DNA of 64,000 nucleotides from Candidatus Multivoradales bacterium (GTDB lineage Bacteria; Acidobacteriota; Thermoanaerobaculia; Multivoradales; Multivoraceae). Below are positions 9,624 to 18,624 of this stretch, piece by piece (the first letter of the stretch is position 1; each line of letters opens with the position of its first letter). The translations under genes were made by a program, and so were the position numbers. The notes under the pieces were generated by a model. The model did no database searches and was not told where the DNA came from. It saw only the letters and a program-made list of their open reading frames with translations. The stretch is taken from NCBI GenBank assembly GCA_965223325.1, contig CBDCWI010000002.1:320001-384000 (forward strand). Direction: 5' to 3'.

Positions 9624-10712
9624 ATGTCCCGCCGCTCTTCATCCACCGACCTCCTGCTGGCGACCGCTGTCGTGGCGGGTCTCCTGTTCGCGGGGTTCGA
9701 CCCAGCGCCCGTTCTGGCCTCTGCACGGGCGGTCGATGGCACCGATCGAGCCATCGTCGTTCCTCCGGCGGGCGCGACCATCGAGGCCTACCAGAACCCC
9801 GGCTACCGTCTCGAGCGCTTGCGCGACGGTACCGTCGAGGTCGAAGTGGTGGTCGACCCGATGCACAGCGAGTCAACGTTCGTGCTCCCGCCACAAAGCC
9901 CCGACGCCGACGGTGTCGAGCTCCTGGCGCGTTCCGTCGTCTCCGGCTCACCGACTCACTACGCAGCAGTCAGCCGACTCCTGGCCTGGGTGTCGACCAA
10001 CATTCGCTACGACCTCGACCGCAGCGCCTCGCAGGCCGCGTCCGACGTGCTGGCGCGCCGCTCGGCCTACTGCACCGGAGTCGCGCGCCTGACGGTGGCA
10101 ATGCTCCAACGAGTCGGCATCGAGGCGCGCGAAGTGTCCGGATTCGTCGTCGGCGAGCGGGCCGGCAGCGGCGGATACCACCGCTGGATCGAGGCCTACT
10201 ACCCAGACTCGGGGTGGCACTTCAGCGATCCTCTGAGCACCCATCACTGGGTCCCGGCCAGTTACCTGCGCCTGGCCGCCGAGGAACTCGACTTGACGCG
10301 CTCTCACCGTCCCCTGGTTCTCGAACGCGACGACCGCGTCGCTCCGGTCGACGTCTTTCCCCTCGCCGGCGAAGACGTTCTGGTGCGCAGAAACTCGGAC
10401 CGGCGGCGCGCCGCCGCGGTCACGATTCGTTCGGACAGCCGCGCGGGCACCGCCTGGCTGGTCGGCAACGGTGAGTTACACACCCTGCCGCTGGCGGGCG
10501 GCCGCGGTTCCTTTCTCGGTCTCCCGAGCGGCGAGTACGACCTCATGGTGCGCGCTCAGGACGGCCGTCGCTGGCGGCGACGCGTCGAGTTCAGCGGCCC
10601 CGGTCATGTCGCACTCGAGTTGAAAGGTCCTGGCAAAGGGGCGACGAGCCCCCTCAGGCCACAGCCGGATTCGGAACCGCACTTCACTGACGCCGCCTCC
10701 GGAGGTCGTTGA
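9624..10712 (+). CDS. Secreted transglutaminase-like domain protein
   Basis: Signal-peptide-like N-terminus; catalytic triad context AYCTG / YHRWIEAY / FSDP; C-terminal beta-rich domain (GLPSGEYDL). Confidence 0.8.
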   Translation: MSRRSSSTDLLLATAVVAGLLFAGFDPAPVLASARAVDGTDRAIVVPPAGATIEAYQNPGYRLERLRDGTVEVEVVVDPMHSESTFVLPPQSPDADGVELLARSVVSGSPTHYAAVSRLLAWVSTNIRYDLDRSASQAASDVLARRSAYCTGVARLTVAMLQRVGIEAREVSGFVVGERAGSGGYHRWIEAYYPDSGWHFSDPLSTHHWVPASYLRLAAEELDLTRSHRPLVLERDDRVAPVDVFPLAGEDVLVRRNSDRRRAAAVTIRSDSRAGTAWLVGNGELHTLPLAGGRGSFLGLPSGEYDLMVRAQDGRRWRRRVEFSGPGHVALELKGPGKGATSPLRPQPDSEPHFTDAASGGR

Positions 10713-10732
10713 CGAGGTAGGATGCCGGCACC

Positions 10733-11278
10733 ATGTACTGCCGCTCCTGGTTCCGCCGCTCGCTGCGGCTGCTCCCACTTCTGCTCGTCCTCGCAACAGC
10801 GACTGGTTGCGCCGGCTACGCTCTGGTGGGCACCGGTTCGAACCTGCCCGAGGACGTCCGGGCGGTCTACCTGGCTCCGTTCGAGAACCGAACCCAGCGG
10901 TCCGAACTCGAGCAGTTCCTGACTCAGGGAATTGCCGAGGAGCTGGTGACGAGGGCCCGCTTTTCCCTCACCCAGGGGCCCCAGGAGGCCGACGCGACCC
11001 TCTCCGGCGAAGTGGTGTCGTTTCGGGTGACCCCCATCACCTTCGACGCCGAAGGCCGCGGCGACGAGTACGAGATCTCGATCACCGCCAAGGTCGCCTT
11101 CGTGCGCACCGACGAAGACCAGACACCGCTCTGGGCCAACGATCGCTACCTGTTCAAAGAGGTGTACGACCTCGGAGGCAACGCCGAGAACTTCTTCGAC
11201 CGCGAAAACATAGCCATCGAGGAGTCTGCCGGTAGGTTTGCCGAGACCATGGTCATCGACCTCTTGCAAGGGTTCTAA
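10733..11278 (+). CDS. lptE: LPS assembly lipoprotein LptE family
   Basis: Lipobox ATGC-AGY, VYLAPFENRT, ADATLSGEV; length typical of LptE. Confidence 0.78.
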   Translation: MYCRSWFRRSLRLLPLLLVLATATGCAGYALVGTGSNLPEDVRAVYLAPFENRTQRSELEQFLTQGIAEELVTRARFSLTQGPQEADATLSGEVVSFRVTPITFDAEGRGDEYEISITAKVAFVRTDEDQTPLWANDRYLFKEVYDLGGNAENFFDRENIAIEESAGRFAETMVIDLLQGF

Positions 11279-11433
11279 GGCTTTGCCTGGACGAAGGCTC
11301 TTCGATGGCACCTGCCGGGTCGCTTATCCCGTAGACGCCGGAAGGTCCCAGGCTGACTCGGCAGAATACGCGATCGAAGAGTCAGCTGTAGGTTTGCCGA
11401 GACCATGGCCATCGACCTCCTGCACGGGGTTCT
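11213..11433 (+). repeat. Imperfect ~65-bp direct repeat of the lptE 3' end (copies 11213-11278 and 11370-11433)
   Basis: 21-bp identical core GTAGGTTTGCCGAGACCATGG at 11232-11252 and 11388-11408, with flanking similarity. Confidence 0.9.
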
Positions 11434-11475
11434 TGGCTCCGCTGAACCCGCCCCCCAGGTCCAGGGCACACAAGC

Positions 11476-11504
11476 AAGAGAGCCGGCGCGGAGCCGGCTC
11501 TTTC
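11476..11504. terminator. Probable (bidirectional) terminator hairpin between convergent lptE and rpsT
   Basis: AGAGCCGGC-GCGGA-GCCGGCTCT perfect 9-bp stem followed by TTCTC. Confidence 0.6.
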
Positions 11505-11540
11505 TCGCAGGGACCGCGGCGGGGACTGACGAGCCCCCGG

Positions 11541-11807
11541 CTATGCCTCGATCGAGTTCACCAGCTTGACCAGACGTGATTTCGATCGTGCTGCGGCGTT
11601 GGCGTGGATCACGCCACGACCGGCGGAGCGGTCGAGCAGGGCGAGTGCTCCCGGGAGCAGCTTTGCCGCTTCCTCCTGGTTACCCTCTGAGGCGGCAGTG
11701 CGCAGCTTCCTGATCTGGGTGCGCAGGGCAGAGCGCGCGGCGCGGTTGCGGGCATTGCGGCGCTCGGTTTGCCGAATGCGTTTGATGGCGGAGGCGTTGT
11801 TGGCCAT
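11541..11807 (-). CDS. rpsT: 30S ribosomal protein S20
   Basis: MANNASAIKRIRQTERRNARN...GVIHANAAARSKSRL. Confidence 0.97.
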   Translation of the reverse strand: MANNASAIKRIRQTERRNARNRAARSALRTQIRKLRTAASEGNQEEAAKLLPGALALLDRSAGRGVIHANAAARSKSRLVKLVNSIEA

Positions 11808-12030
11808 TGGTGATCGATCTCCGGGACTCTTGGTCTTGGTTGTGAACTGAGAGTGTTACGCAGCTCCGGCGGGCTCCGTCATGGACCTTGGCCGGAGCAC
11901 CGGCAGACCGAAGCTGCGATCAGGCTACTCCGCGGTCGAGAGAATCGCTGGGACAGAGGAGGAAGCCTGGAGGCGGAGACGATATCAGAACCCAAGCCGC
12001 ACGAGCGCACCGTCGGGCTCTGGGCGTACC

Positions 12031-12843
12031 TCAGCCGCTGCTGTCCGAGGCTCCGAGCGACTGCAGGGTCTGACGTGCCAGCTTTGCCTCGTCACTGCGG
12101 GGAAAGTCGTTGATCACGCTCTGCAGTTGGACGATTCCCTGTGACTGGTCGTCGAGCTCGAGGTGGGAGTAGCCGATCTTGAGGCGGGCAATGGGAATCT
12201 TCTCGCTGTTGGGGTAGCGCGCCTGGAGGTTGCTGAACTCCTGGATGGCCAGCCGGTACTCGTTCTGGCCGTAGTACGACTCGCCGATCCAATAGAGCGC
12301 GTTGTCGGCCAACTCGGTCGCCGGATAGGTCTCGAGGTACTGCCGAAAGCCCAGGATGGCGAGGTCGTAGTTGCCGCGCAAGAAGTCCGAGCGCGCACCC
12401 TGGTACATCTGCTCCGGCGCCTCAGGCGGCCCACCGCCCAGGTTGGACGATGAAACGGGCGAACCGGAAATGCCGAAACCGCACTGGTTGCGAAGCGCGC
12501 GGATTTCCTGGTCGGTGGCTGCTAGCGTCTGGGTGATCGACGACAGAGCCAGGGAGGTGTCGTCGAGCCGCGACTGCATGTGGCCCACTTCCTCCGACAG
12601 GCGCTGGAGCTCGGCGCGGATCTCGCTGTCGGTCTCACGACGAAGCAGCGCGTTCTCGCCGATCTGCTCACTGAGGCCGGAGATCTCCTCTTTGGTCGAC
12701 GCATCGCGCTGTAGCTGCAGGAGCTGCCGCTGAATTTCCGACATCTGCGTCTGCAGCGTTTCGAGCTGGGTGCTCGAGCCGCAGCCTACGAGAGGTGCGG
12801 TGACGAGGAGGAGGGCGAAGATCCGAAGCGGGGAGGGGGCCAT
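12031..12843 (-). CDS. cpoB: Tol-pal system protein YbgF/CpoB (lipoprotein, coiled coil + TPR)
   Basis: Lipobox LVGC, coiled-coil region, TPR motifs ADNALYWIGESYY and ARLKIGYS; directly downstream of pal. Confidence 0.9.
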   Translation of the reverse strand: MAPSPLRIFALLLVTAPLVGCGSSTQLETLQTQMSEIQRQLLQLQRDASTKEEISGLSEQIGENALLRRETDSEIRAELQRLSEEVGHMQSRLDDTSLALSSITQTLAATDQEIRALRNQCGFGISGSPVSSSNLGGGPPEAPEQMYQGARSDFLRGNYDLAILGFRQYLETYPATELADNALYWIGESYYGQNEYRLAIQEFSNLQARYPNSEKIPIARLKIGYSHLELDDQSQGIVQLQSVINDFPRSDEAKLARQTLQSLGASDSSG

Positions 12844-12940
12844 CGAGCTGATCTGGCCGACGAGCGACCGGTTGGGAAGGAGGAGAGCGCCCCCGGTAGG
12901 GCGCTGGCGAGAGCGCACTACCGGGTGTCTCACTCAGGTC

Positions 12941-13513
12941 TCAGGAGTTGCCGGTGATCCGGAAGTAGGCTCGGCGGTTCTGTCGCCAGCAGCTTTCGGC
13001 GGCGGTGTTGCACTTGCCCCGCTCCTCACCAAAGCTGATGGTGCGCAGGCGCTGCGAGCCCACGCCGAGCGAGATCAGGTAGTCGCGGGCGGCGTTGGCA
13101 CGACGCTCGCCGAGCGCGATGTTGTACTGGTTGGTGCCGCGATCGTCGGTGTGACCCTCGATCGTGATCGTGAGGGCCTTGCCGGCGTCGGTAAGGAAGC
13201 GCGCGTTGCGTGACAGGCGCTCGCGGGCGCCGGTGTCGAGGGCAGAGCTGTCGTAGGCGAACAGCACTTCGCCGAGAAGACCTTCACGCTCGGCCTGCAT
13301 CTGCATCGCTTCGAGGTCGGTGCCTTCCCACGGCGACGCCTGACGGTCGTTGTCCGTCGACGGTGCAGGTGGAGGAGACGGCCGATCAGGCTCAGTGTGG
13401 GTGGTGGTCTGCTCGGGCGCCGCCGGCGGTGCGGGCGGCTTTTTCTTGCAGCCGGCGGTGACCAGGGTGGCCGCTGCAAGCAGGGCGATGAAGAAGGGGA
13501 TCCTGCGGCTCAT
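12941..13513 (-). CDS. pal: Peptidoglycan-associated lipoprotein
   Basis: Lipobox TAGC; OmpA-like domain IEGHTDDRGTNQYNIALGERRA, NRRA. Confidence 0.95.
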   Translation of the reverse strand: MSRRIPFFIALLAAATLVTAGCKKKPPAPPAAPEQTTTHTEPDRPSPPPAPSTDNDRQASPWEGTDLEAMQMQAEREGLLGEVLFAYDSSALDTGARERLSRNARFLTDAGKALTITIEGHTDDRGTNQYNIALGERRANAARDYLISLGVGSQRLRTISFGEERGKCNTAAESCWRQNRRAYFRITGNS

Positions 13514-13844
13514 CTGCACTCTCCTCCGGTCGCCAGGGAGCAACGAAGACATCAGTCAGCGAGCTGGCACCCCGACGGGTAACGCGGAAGGCTCCGCGTG
13601 AATGAATTGGTGTCAGTGGACTCTCGAAGTTTTTCGCCTTTGTTCTGTCCCAGTCGTCCCCCCGCAAGGAGACTTTCAGGAACAGGTCAAATTTCCGCGG
13701 GGAGAACGAACCGCCGCAGCAGCGCCACTGTCGCGCGAAGAGTAGCAAAACAAGGGTCTCGCGGCAAGCCGGGAACTTCGAATAATGCCCCTATTTGTAG
13801 TCATTTAGCGGTCGTGTCCGGGAGCTCTCGGCCCGGCCACTCGA

Positions 13845-15260
13845 TCACTCGAAGTAGGGCGACCAGGACGGGCCGAAATTGCCGTGACTCCCCGAGGTCA
13901 GCTGGCGCAGACGGCGGCCGTTGGCGTCCATTACGAAGATCTGCCGGCTACCGCCAGCCTTGCTGGTTTCAAAGACGATCTTGCGCCCGTCGGGCGAGAA
14001 GCTCGGCGCCTCGTGCAGGCCGGGCATATCCGCGGTCAGGAGCCGCTGCTCGAGCGTCACCAGGTTCAAGAGGGCGATATCGAAGCGCACTCCGTCGTCT
14101 GAACGGTGCGAGTAGACCAGGTGGGTGCCATCAGGGTGCCAGGAGGCGCCCTCGTTGTATTTACCGCGAGTGGTCAGGCGCCTGAGGTTGGTGCCGTCAC
14201 GGTCCATCAAATAGATCTGCGGGCGCCCGGTGCGGTCGGAGGTAAAGGCGATCTCACGCCCGTTGGGGCTCCAGGCGGGGTTGAAGTCAGTAGCGTTCGA
14301 GTTGGTCAGCCGCCGTGGTCTGCCTCCCGCGGTGGGCACCGCGAAGATCTCCCAGTTACCCCGAATGGCGCCCGAGTACGCGATCTCGCGACCGTCGCCC
14401 GAGAACGAGGGGGTCATCACGCTGGTGTCATCGGCAACCACAGCGCGCTTCTGGCCGGTTGCGATATCGACCCAGTAGAGCGACGGCGGTCCTTCGAACC
14501 AGGATGCGTAAGCCAGCCCGTCCGCCTTGGGTGACCAGGCCGGCGACAGGGTCAAGGAGTTGTGCGCCGTGATGCGCCGCTGGCCGGCGCCGTCGTAGTC
14601 CATCAGGTAGAGCTCCTTGACCTGGTTGCCGTCTCGATCCGAAGTGAAGACGATTTGCGTGCGGGCGATTCCCGCGCGGCCCGTGAAGGTCTTGATGATC
14701 TCGTCGTTCCAGGTATGCGCCAGTCGGCGGGCAAGGTCGAACGTGCCGGCGTAGCGCTTCCCGGCAATGAAACGACCGCTGTCGAGGTCATAGAGCCGCC
14801 CTTCGATCACGATCTGGTCGCCGTCGAGAGTGAACTCGTTGAGCACCACCGCCTCGTTGCCGAGGGAGCGGTACTGAATGAAGTCCTGAGCACGGTCACC
14901 GGTAACCGCCAGGACCTTGAGCACGTCGGGGCCCTGGACCTCGACAACGCCACTCCAGTCGAGGTCGTTGAGCAGGACTTCTTCGATCTCCTCCATCGCC
15001 TTGCGCGCCTGGGGCGGCGCCGACGTCGGCCGAACTGCCAGCGGCACCGCAACCTTGATCTTCGGTGCGATCGGGTTGTCGTAGATGTCGACTTCCAGCT
15101 CGCGTCGCTCGGACTGCGACGCCGCAGTCGGCGGCTGCGCCTCTAGCGGAAGCATCAAGAGGGTGCTCGCAAGAAGGGCTACCGCGGCGACGCCCCCCGA
15201 AAACGCGGAGCGCGTTGGGCAGAGGGCGAGACGAAAGCGTAGAAAGGAGCGGTAGTTCAT
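13845..15260 (-). CDS. tolB: Tol-Pal beta-propeller protein TolB
   Basis: PD40 repeats (SPAWSP, PSFSGDG, PAWSPNG, PSFSPDG), MDYDG; operon context. Confidence 0.93.
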   Translation of the reverse strand: MNYRSFLRFRLALCPTRSAFSGGVAAVALLASTLLMLPLEAQPPTAASQSERRELEVDIYDNPIAPKIKVAVPLAVRPTSAPPQARKAMEEIEEVLLNDLDWSGVVEVQGPDVLKVLAVTGDRAQDFIQYRSLGNEAVVLNEFTLDGDQIVIEGRLYDLDSGRFIAGKRYAGTFDLARRLAHTWNDEIIKTFTGRAGIARTQIVFTSDRDGNQVKELYLMDYDGAGQRRITAHNSLTLSPAWSPKADGLAYASWFEGPPSLYWVDIATGQKRAVVADDTSVMTPSFSGDGREIAYSGAIRGNWEIFAVPTAGGRPRRLTNSNATDFNPAWSPNGREIAFTSDRTGRPQIYLMDRDGTNLRRLTTRGKYNEGASWHPDGTHLVYSHRSDDGVRFDIALLNLVTLEQRLLTADMPGLHEAPSFSPDGRKIVFETSKAGGSRQIFVMDANGRRLRQLTSGSHGNFGPSWSPYFE

Positions 15261-15335
15261 GATGAGGGGGCCTCAGGTCAAAAAGGAAGAAGGGTGTTCA
15301 AAAGCTGCTGGAGAAGCGGGGTCTGGGTAGGAGCA

Positions 15336-16157
15336 TCAGTGGAAACGAAGTGTCACGCCCAGAGATTCCTCGCGATAGCCACGCGGCAGGGGAGGAAGCG
15401 GGGACGCGTCCTGGAGCGCTCGCATGGCGGAGCGATCGAAGGTGGCGTTACCGGAAGAAGACACCAGTTGCAGGTCCTGGACCGTGCCGTCCTTCAGGAT
15501 CACGAAATGGAGTACCGCCAGCACATCGTCGCGCACCCGGGGGCGCTGCCAGACGCGCCGAATGGCGCCGCTCATCTGGTTGACGTAGTAGCCGAAGGTA
15601 AAGTCAGGGTTGTCGAACATCACCGCCTGGTTGGGCCCGGCATCGATGAACGGGTCGACCGGCTCGGCGGTTTCAGCTTCGCCCGGATCGGGCTCGGGTT
15701 GCGCCGGTTCGGGAGCGGGCGGCTGAGGTACGGGCTCAGGCTCCGGCTTCTTCTCCGGTTCCTCATCAGGGAGCACCGGAACCTCAGGGTCAGGCTCGCG
15801 AAGCGGTTCCGGTTTGACCTCGGGCTCGGGCGGCGAAGGTTCTTCTCTTGGTGGCGCGGGCTTGGGCTTCGGACGTGGTTTCTGCGGCACCTCGGGTACA
15901 GCCACCACTTCGACGTAGTCGAGCGGACGATGACGGTCGGCGAAGAGGAGCGGACCCGCCAAAGCCACCACGAGGAGAAGCGCGTGCGCGATCACCGAAC
16001 CGAGGACCGAGCGACGTCCGAACCACCGCATGCCGGTCTCGCGACGCCGTGCCAGGATCTGCTGGAGGCGTGCCGGAACCGCGGCCGAGCGCCCCTCGGA
16101 GAAGGAGATCCCGGTCGAGTTCTCGGGCCGACGGGGCGGCTGGCGCTCGAGACTCAT
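15336..16157 (-). CDS. tolA: TolA/TonB family energy transducer
   Basis: TM with S...H motif (SVIAHALL), Pro/Glu-rich linker, C-terminal SSGNATFDRSAMRA; lies between tolR and tolB; start uncertain. Confidence 0.8.
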   Translation of the reverse strand: MSLERQPPRRPENSTGISFSEGRSAAVPARLQQILARRRETGMRWFGRRSVLGSVIAHALLLVVALAGPLLFADRHRPLDYVEVVAVPEVPQKPRPKPKPAPPREEPSPPEPEVKPEPLREPDPEVPVLPDEEPEKKPEPEPVPQPPAPEPAQPEPDPGEAETAEPVDPFIDAGPNQAVMFDNPDFTFGYYVNQMSGAIRRVWQRPRVRDDVLAVLHFVILKDGTVQDLQLVSSSGNATFDRSAMRALQDASPLPPLPRGYREESLGVTLRFH

Positions 16158-16170
16158 CACCGGTGAATCG

Positions 16171-16602
16171 TCAGCTCGCCCGTGGCGGTGGATCCATGAC
16201 CAGCGCCACCCGGTTGATGCCCGCCTCGTTGAGAAGGCCGATGATCTCGGCGACATCCCCGTAGGGCACCGTGTAGTCACCGAGGAGGAAGACCGTCTTG
16301 TCGTCGCGCATTTCGACCATCGGCACCAGCTTCTCGGCGAGCTGGCTGCGGTGGACCGGGGTGTCGAGAACGAAGATCACGTCGTCGGGCCGCACCGTGA
16401 TCACCAGCGGATCGCTCTCGCTGAGCTCGAGCGTGTCGGATGCCACCCGTGGCAGGTTGACCTCGACCCCCTGATGCAGCATCGGGGTGGCGATCATGAA
16501 GATGATGAGCAGCACCAGCATGACGTCGACCAGCGGCGTCACGTTGATGTCGGCCATCACCGCGTCTTCGTCGCCACCGCTGCCTGCGCCGAGTAGTGCC
16601 AT
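16171..16602 (-). CDS. tolR: TolR/ExbD biopolymer transport protein
   Basis: INVTPLVDVMLVLLIIFMI signature. Confidence 0.93.
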   Translation of the reverse strand: MALLGAGSGGDEDAVMADINVTPLVDVMLVLLIIFMIATPMLHQGVEVNLPRVASDTLELSESDPLVITVRPDDVIFVLDTPVHRSQLAEKLVPMVEMRDDKTVFLLGDYTVPYGDVAEIIGLLNEAGINRVALVMDPPPRAS

Positions 16603-16609
16603 CGCTGCC

Positions 16610-17365
16610 TCAGGTGAAGTTGCGTTCGGTGAGGTTGAGGAACTCGAGGACGAAGTCGTCCATCTCAGCCCGGATCTGGCGTACCCGACTACCGATCTGG
16701 TTGTAGCCCACCAGCGCCGGAATCGCCGCGACCAGCCCGGCAGCCGTGTTGACCAGCGCCTCGGCGATGCCCGGTGCCACGGTCACGATCGACGCCGAGC
16801 CCGTGGCGCCGATTTCGTTGAAGGCAATCATGATTCCCCAGACGGTGCCGAAGAGGCCGATGAACGGCGCGGCGGCAGCGGTGGTGGCGAGAATCGATGT
16901 GTGGCGCGCCAACGAATGTAGCTCGACCGTCTTGGCGCGCTCGAGCGAGCGCTCGACGGCACGCATCGAAAGGATGCGGTAACGACCGTCGGACGAGTGG
17001 CCGCCCGCGCGGTCACGGCCGGCCTTCACCTGGGCGTCGATTTCGACGTAGCCCGACTGAAACAGACCGACCAGCGGCGAGGCATCGTAATGCTCGCTTG
17101 CCGAGTTGATCTCGCTGAAGCGTGCACTGCGTCGGAAGACCTGCAGGAAACTACGGCTGTGATTGCGTAGACGGCGAAAGTGGTTGTACTTGGCGACCAT
17201 CACCGACCACGAGGCGATCGACATCACAGCCAGAATCGCGAAAACCAGCATGGCGACGGGACCGGCATCCAAGAAGATGCGAACGATGCTGAACTCGCCC
17301 TCGGCAGCCTGCAGGAACACCAGAGACGAGGAAACGGGCGAGCTGGAGACGAGAGTAGAGCTCAT
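16610..17365 (-). CDS. tolQ: TolQ/ExbB proton channel protein
   Basis: APFIGLFGTVWGIM, VAPGIAEALVNTAAGLVAAIPA; start set at ATG 17365. Confidence 0.93.
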   Translation of the reverse strand: MSSTLVSSSPVSSSLVFLQAAEGEFSIVRIFLDAGPVAMLVFAILAVMSIASWSVMVAKYNHFRRLRNHSRSFLQVFRRSARFSEINSASEHYDASPLVGLFQSGYVEIDAQVKAGRDRAGGHSSDGRYRILSMRAVERSLERAKTVELHSLARHTSILATTAAAAPFIGLFGTVWGIMIAFNEIGATGSASIVTVAPGIAEALVNTAAGLVAAIPALVGYNQIGSRVRQIRAEMDDFVLEFLNLTERNFT

Positions 17366-17559
17366 GAAGACTTTTTGTGCAGGTTGCGGGGGGTGATGAG
17401 GCCGATGCGGCAACCGGGCGGCGACCGGAGAAGGAAGCGCTCGACGGGCTGGACAGTGGAGCGTGAAACCCTCCAAGTCCTTATTGCAAAGTAGCATGCG
17501 GCAATCGGGCATGTCGACGGGCGTGCCGAAAGAATGGGTTCGAGGGCCCATCCCGAAGG

Positions 17560-17794
17560 TCTCCTGGTCGCCGCCGGGCGACGGGAAAGGGAGTCGGTCT
17601 TCGTAGTGGCCGAGGTCCTCGAGCAAGCGCGGGGGCTGGTTGTCGTCGTAGTCGACGCGCAACCACCCCAGGAGGCCGAAAGGTGTCTTGACGAGAAACC
17701 ACTCGTCGGCCCAGAGCTCGCCTGGGCCCCACGACTCGCGGTATCGCGGCCTACGAGAGAAACCGCGAACCTGGGCGACCGACTGCCGGCTGCT
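17560..17794 (-). pseudogene. Possible 5'-truncated gene remnant with an SH3-like motif
   Basis: Minus frame reads ...YRESWGPGELWADEWFLVKTPFGLLGWLRVDYDDNQPPRLLEDLGHYEDRLPFP, with no start codon between the TAA at 17795-17797 and the TTG at 17662, which lies after the motif. Confidence 0.4.
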
Positions 17795-17829
17795 TTACAA
17801 GCCAACCTCGAGCGGGCGACACTGCGGGC

Positions 17830-18624
17830 ATGCGTATCGTCGTACTCGTTCTGGCCGAACCGGACCTCGAAGGCCGGCTCGAACTCGATCCCGAGAGGCG
17901 CTCGCTCGAACCCTCGCGAACCAACTGGGAGCTTGGCGACGTCGATCGCACCTCACTCGAGCTGGCGGTCCTCGCGAAGGAAAGTGAGGGGGCGACCGTC
18001 GACGTGCTGACGGCGGTCTGGCCGGGCGGACCAGAGGGCGCGAAGATCCTGCGCTCGGCGGTCGCCCTCGGAGCAGACCATGCCCACCGCGTCACCCTGG
18101 GCGAATCGACCGGTGGGGAGCCCTCGGTCGAACAGATCGCAGACGCGCTTGCCGAGGCAGTCAGTCAACTCGCTGAGTCGACTCCAGTAGATCTCGTCCT
18201 CTGTGGGGCGCAGTCGGGCGCCGCGGGAACCGGCCTCACCGGCGGCTATCTGGCTGGCACCCTGGATTGGCAGTGGGCATGGCTGGTGACCGGCGTCCGA
18301 CCGCTCGCCGATGGTCGAACGGTCGAGGTCGAGCGTGAGCTCGAAGCGGGGGCGATCGAGCGCTCCCAGGTGGACCTACCGGCCGTTCTTGCAATCCAGG
18401 TCGGTGCTGCCGAGCCACGCATGGCGACCGTCCGCGCAACCTTGATGGCTCGCAAAGCCGCCATCAACGAACTGCTGGCGAGCGCCTCGAGTGAAGCGCC
18501 GAGAGGCCTGGCACGCCAGCGCCTGGCGGTGCCGATTCGCCACAGCAATACCGAACGCTTCGAAGGCGAGAACGCCGTCGCCGACCTCGATCGCGCCCTA
18601 CGCCGGGACGGAGTTCTGCCATGA
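17830..18624 (+). CDS. etfB: Electron transfer flavoprotein beta subunit (divergent)
   Basis: LRSAVALGADHA, DLVLCGAQS, VERELEAG, LPAVLAI, EPR; coupled to etfA. Confidence 0.85.
   Translation: MRIVVLVLAEPDLEGRLELDPERRSLEPSRTNWELGDVDRTSLELAVLAKESEGATVDVLTAVWPGGPEGAKILRSAVALGADHAHRVTLGESTGGEPSVEQIADALAEAVSQLAESTPVDLVLCGAQSGAAGTGLTGGYLAGTLDWQWAWLVTGVRPLADGRTVEVERELEAGAIERSQVDLPAVLAIQVGAAEPRMATVRATLMARKAAINELLASASSEAPRGLARQRLAVPIRHSNTERFEGENAVADLDRALRRDGVLP

Noticed and set aside
11213-11433. Diversity-generating retroelement TR/VR pair
   Set aside because: Mismatches are not confined to adenines, indels are present, and no reverse transcriptase is encoded in the window
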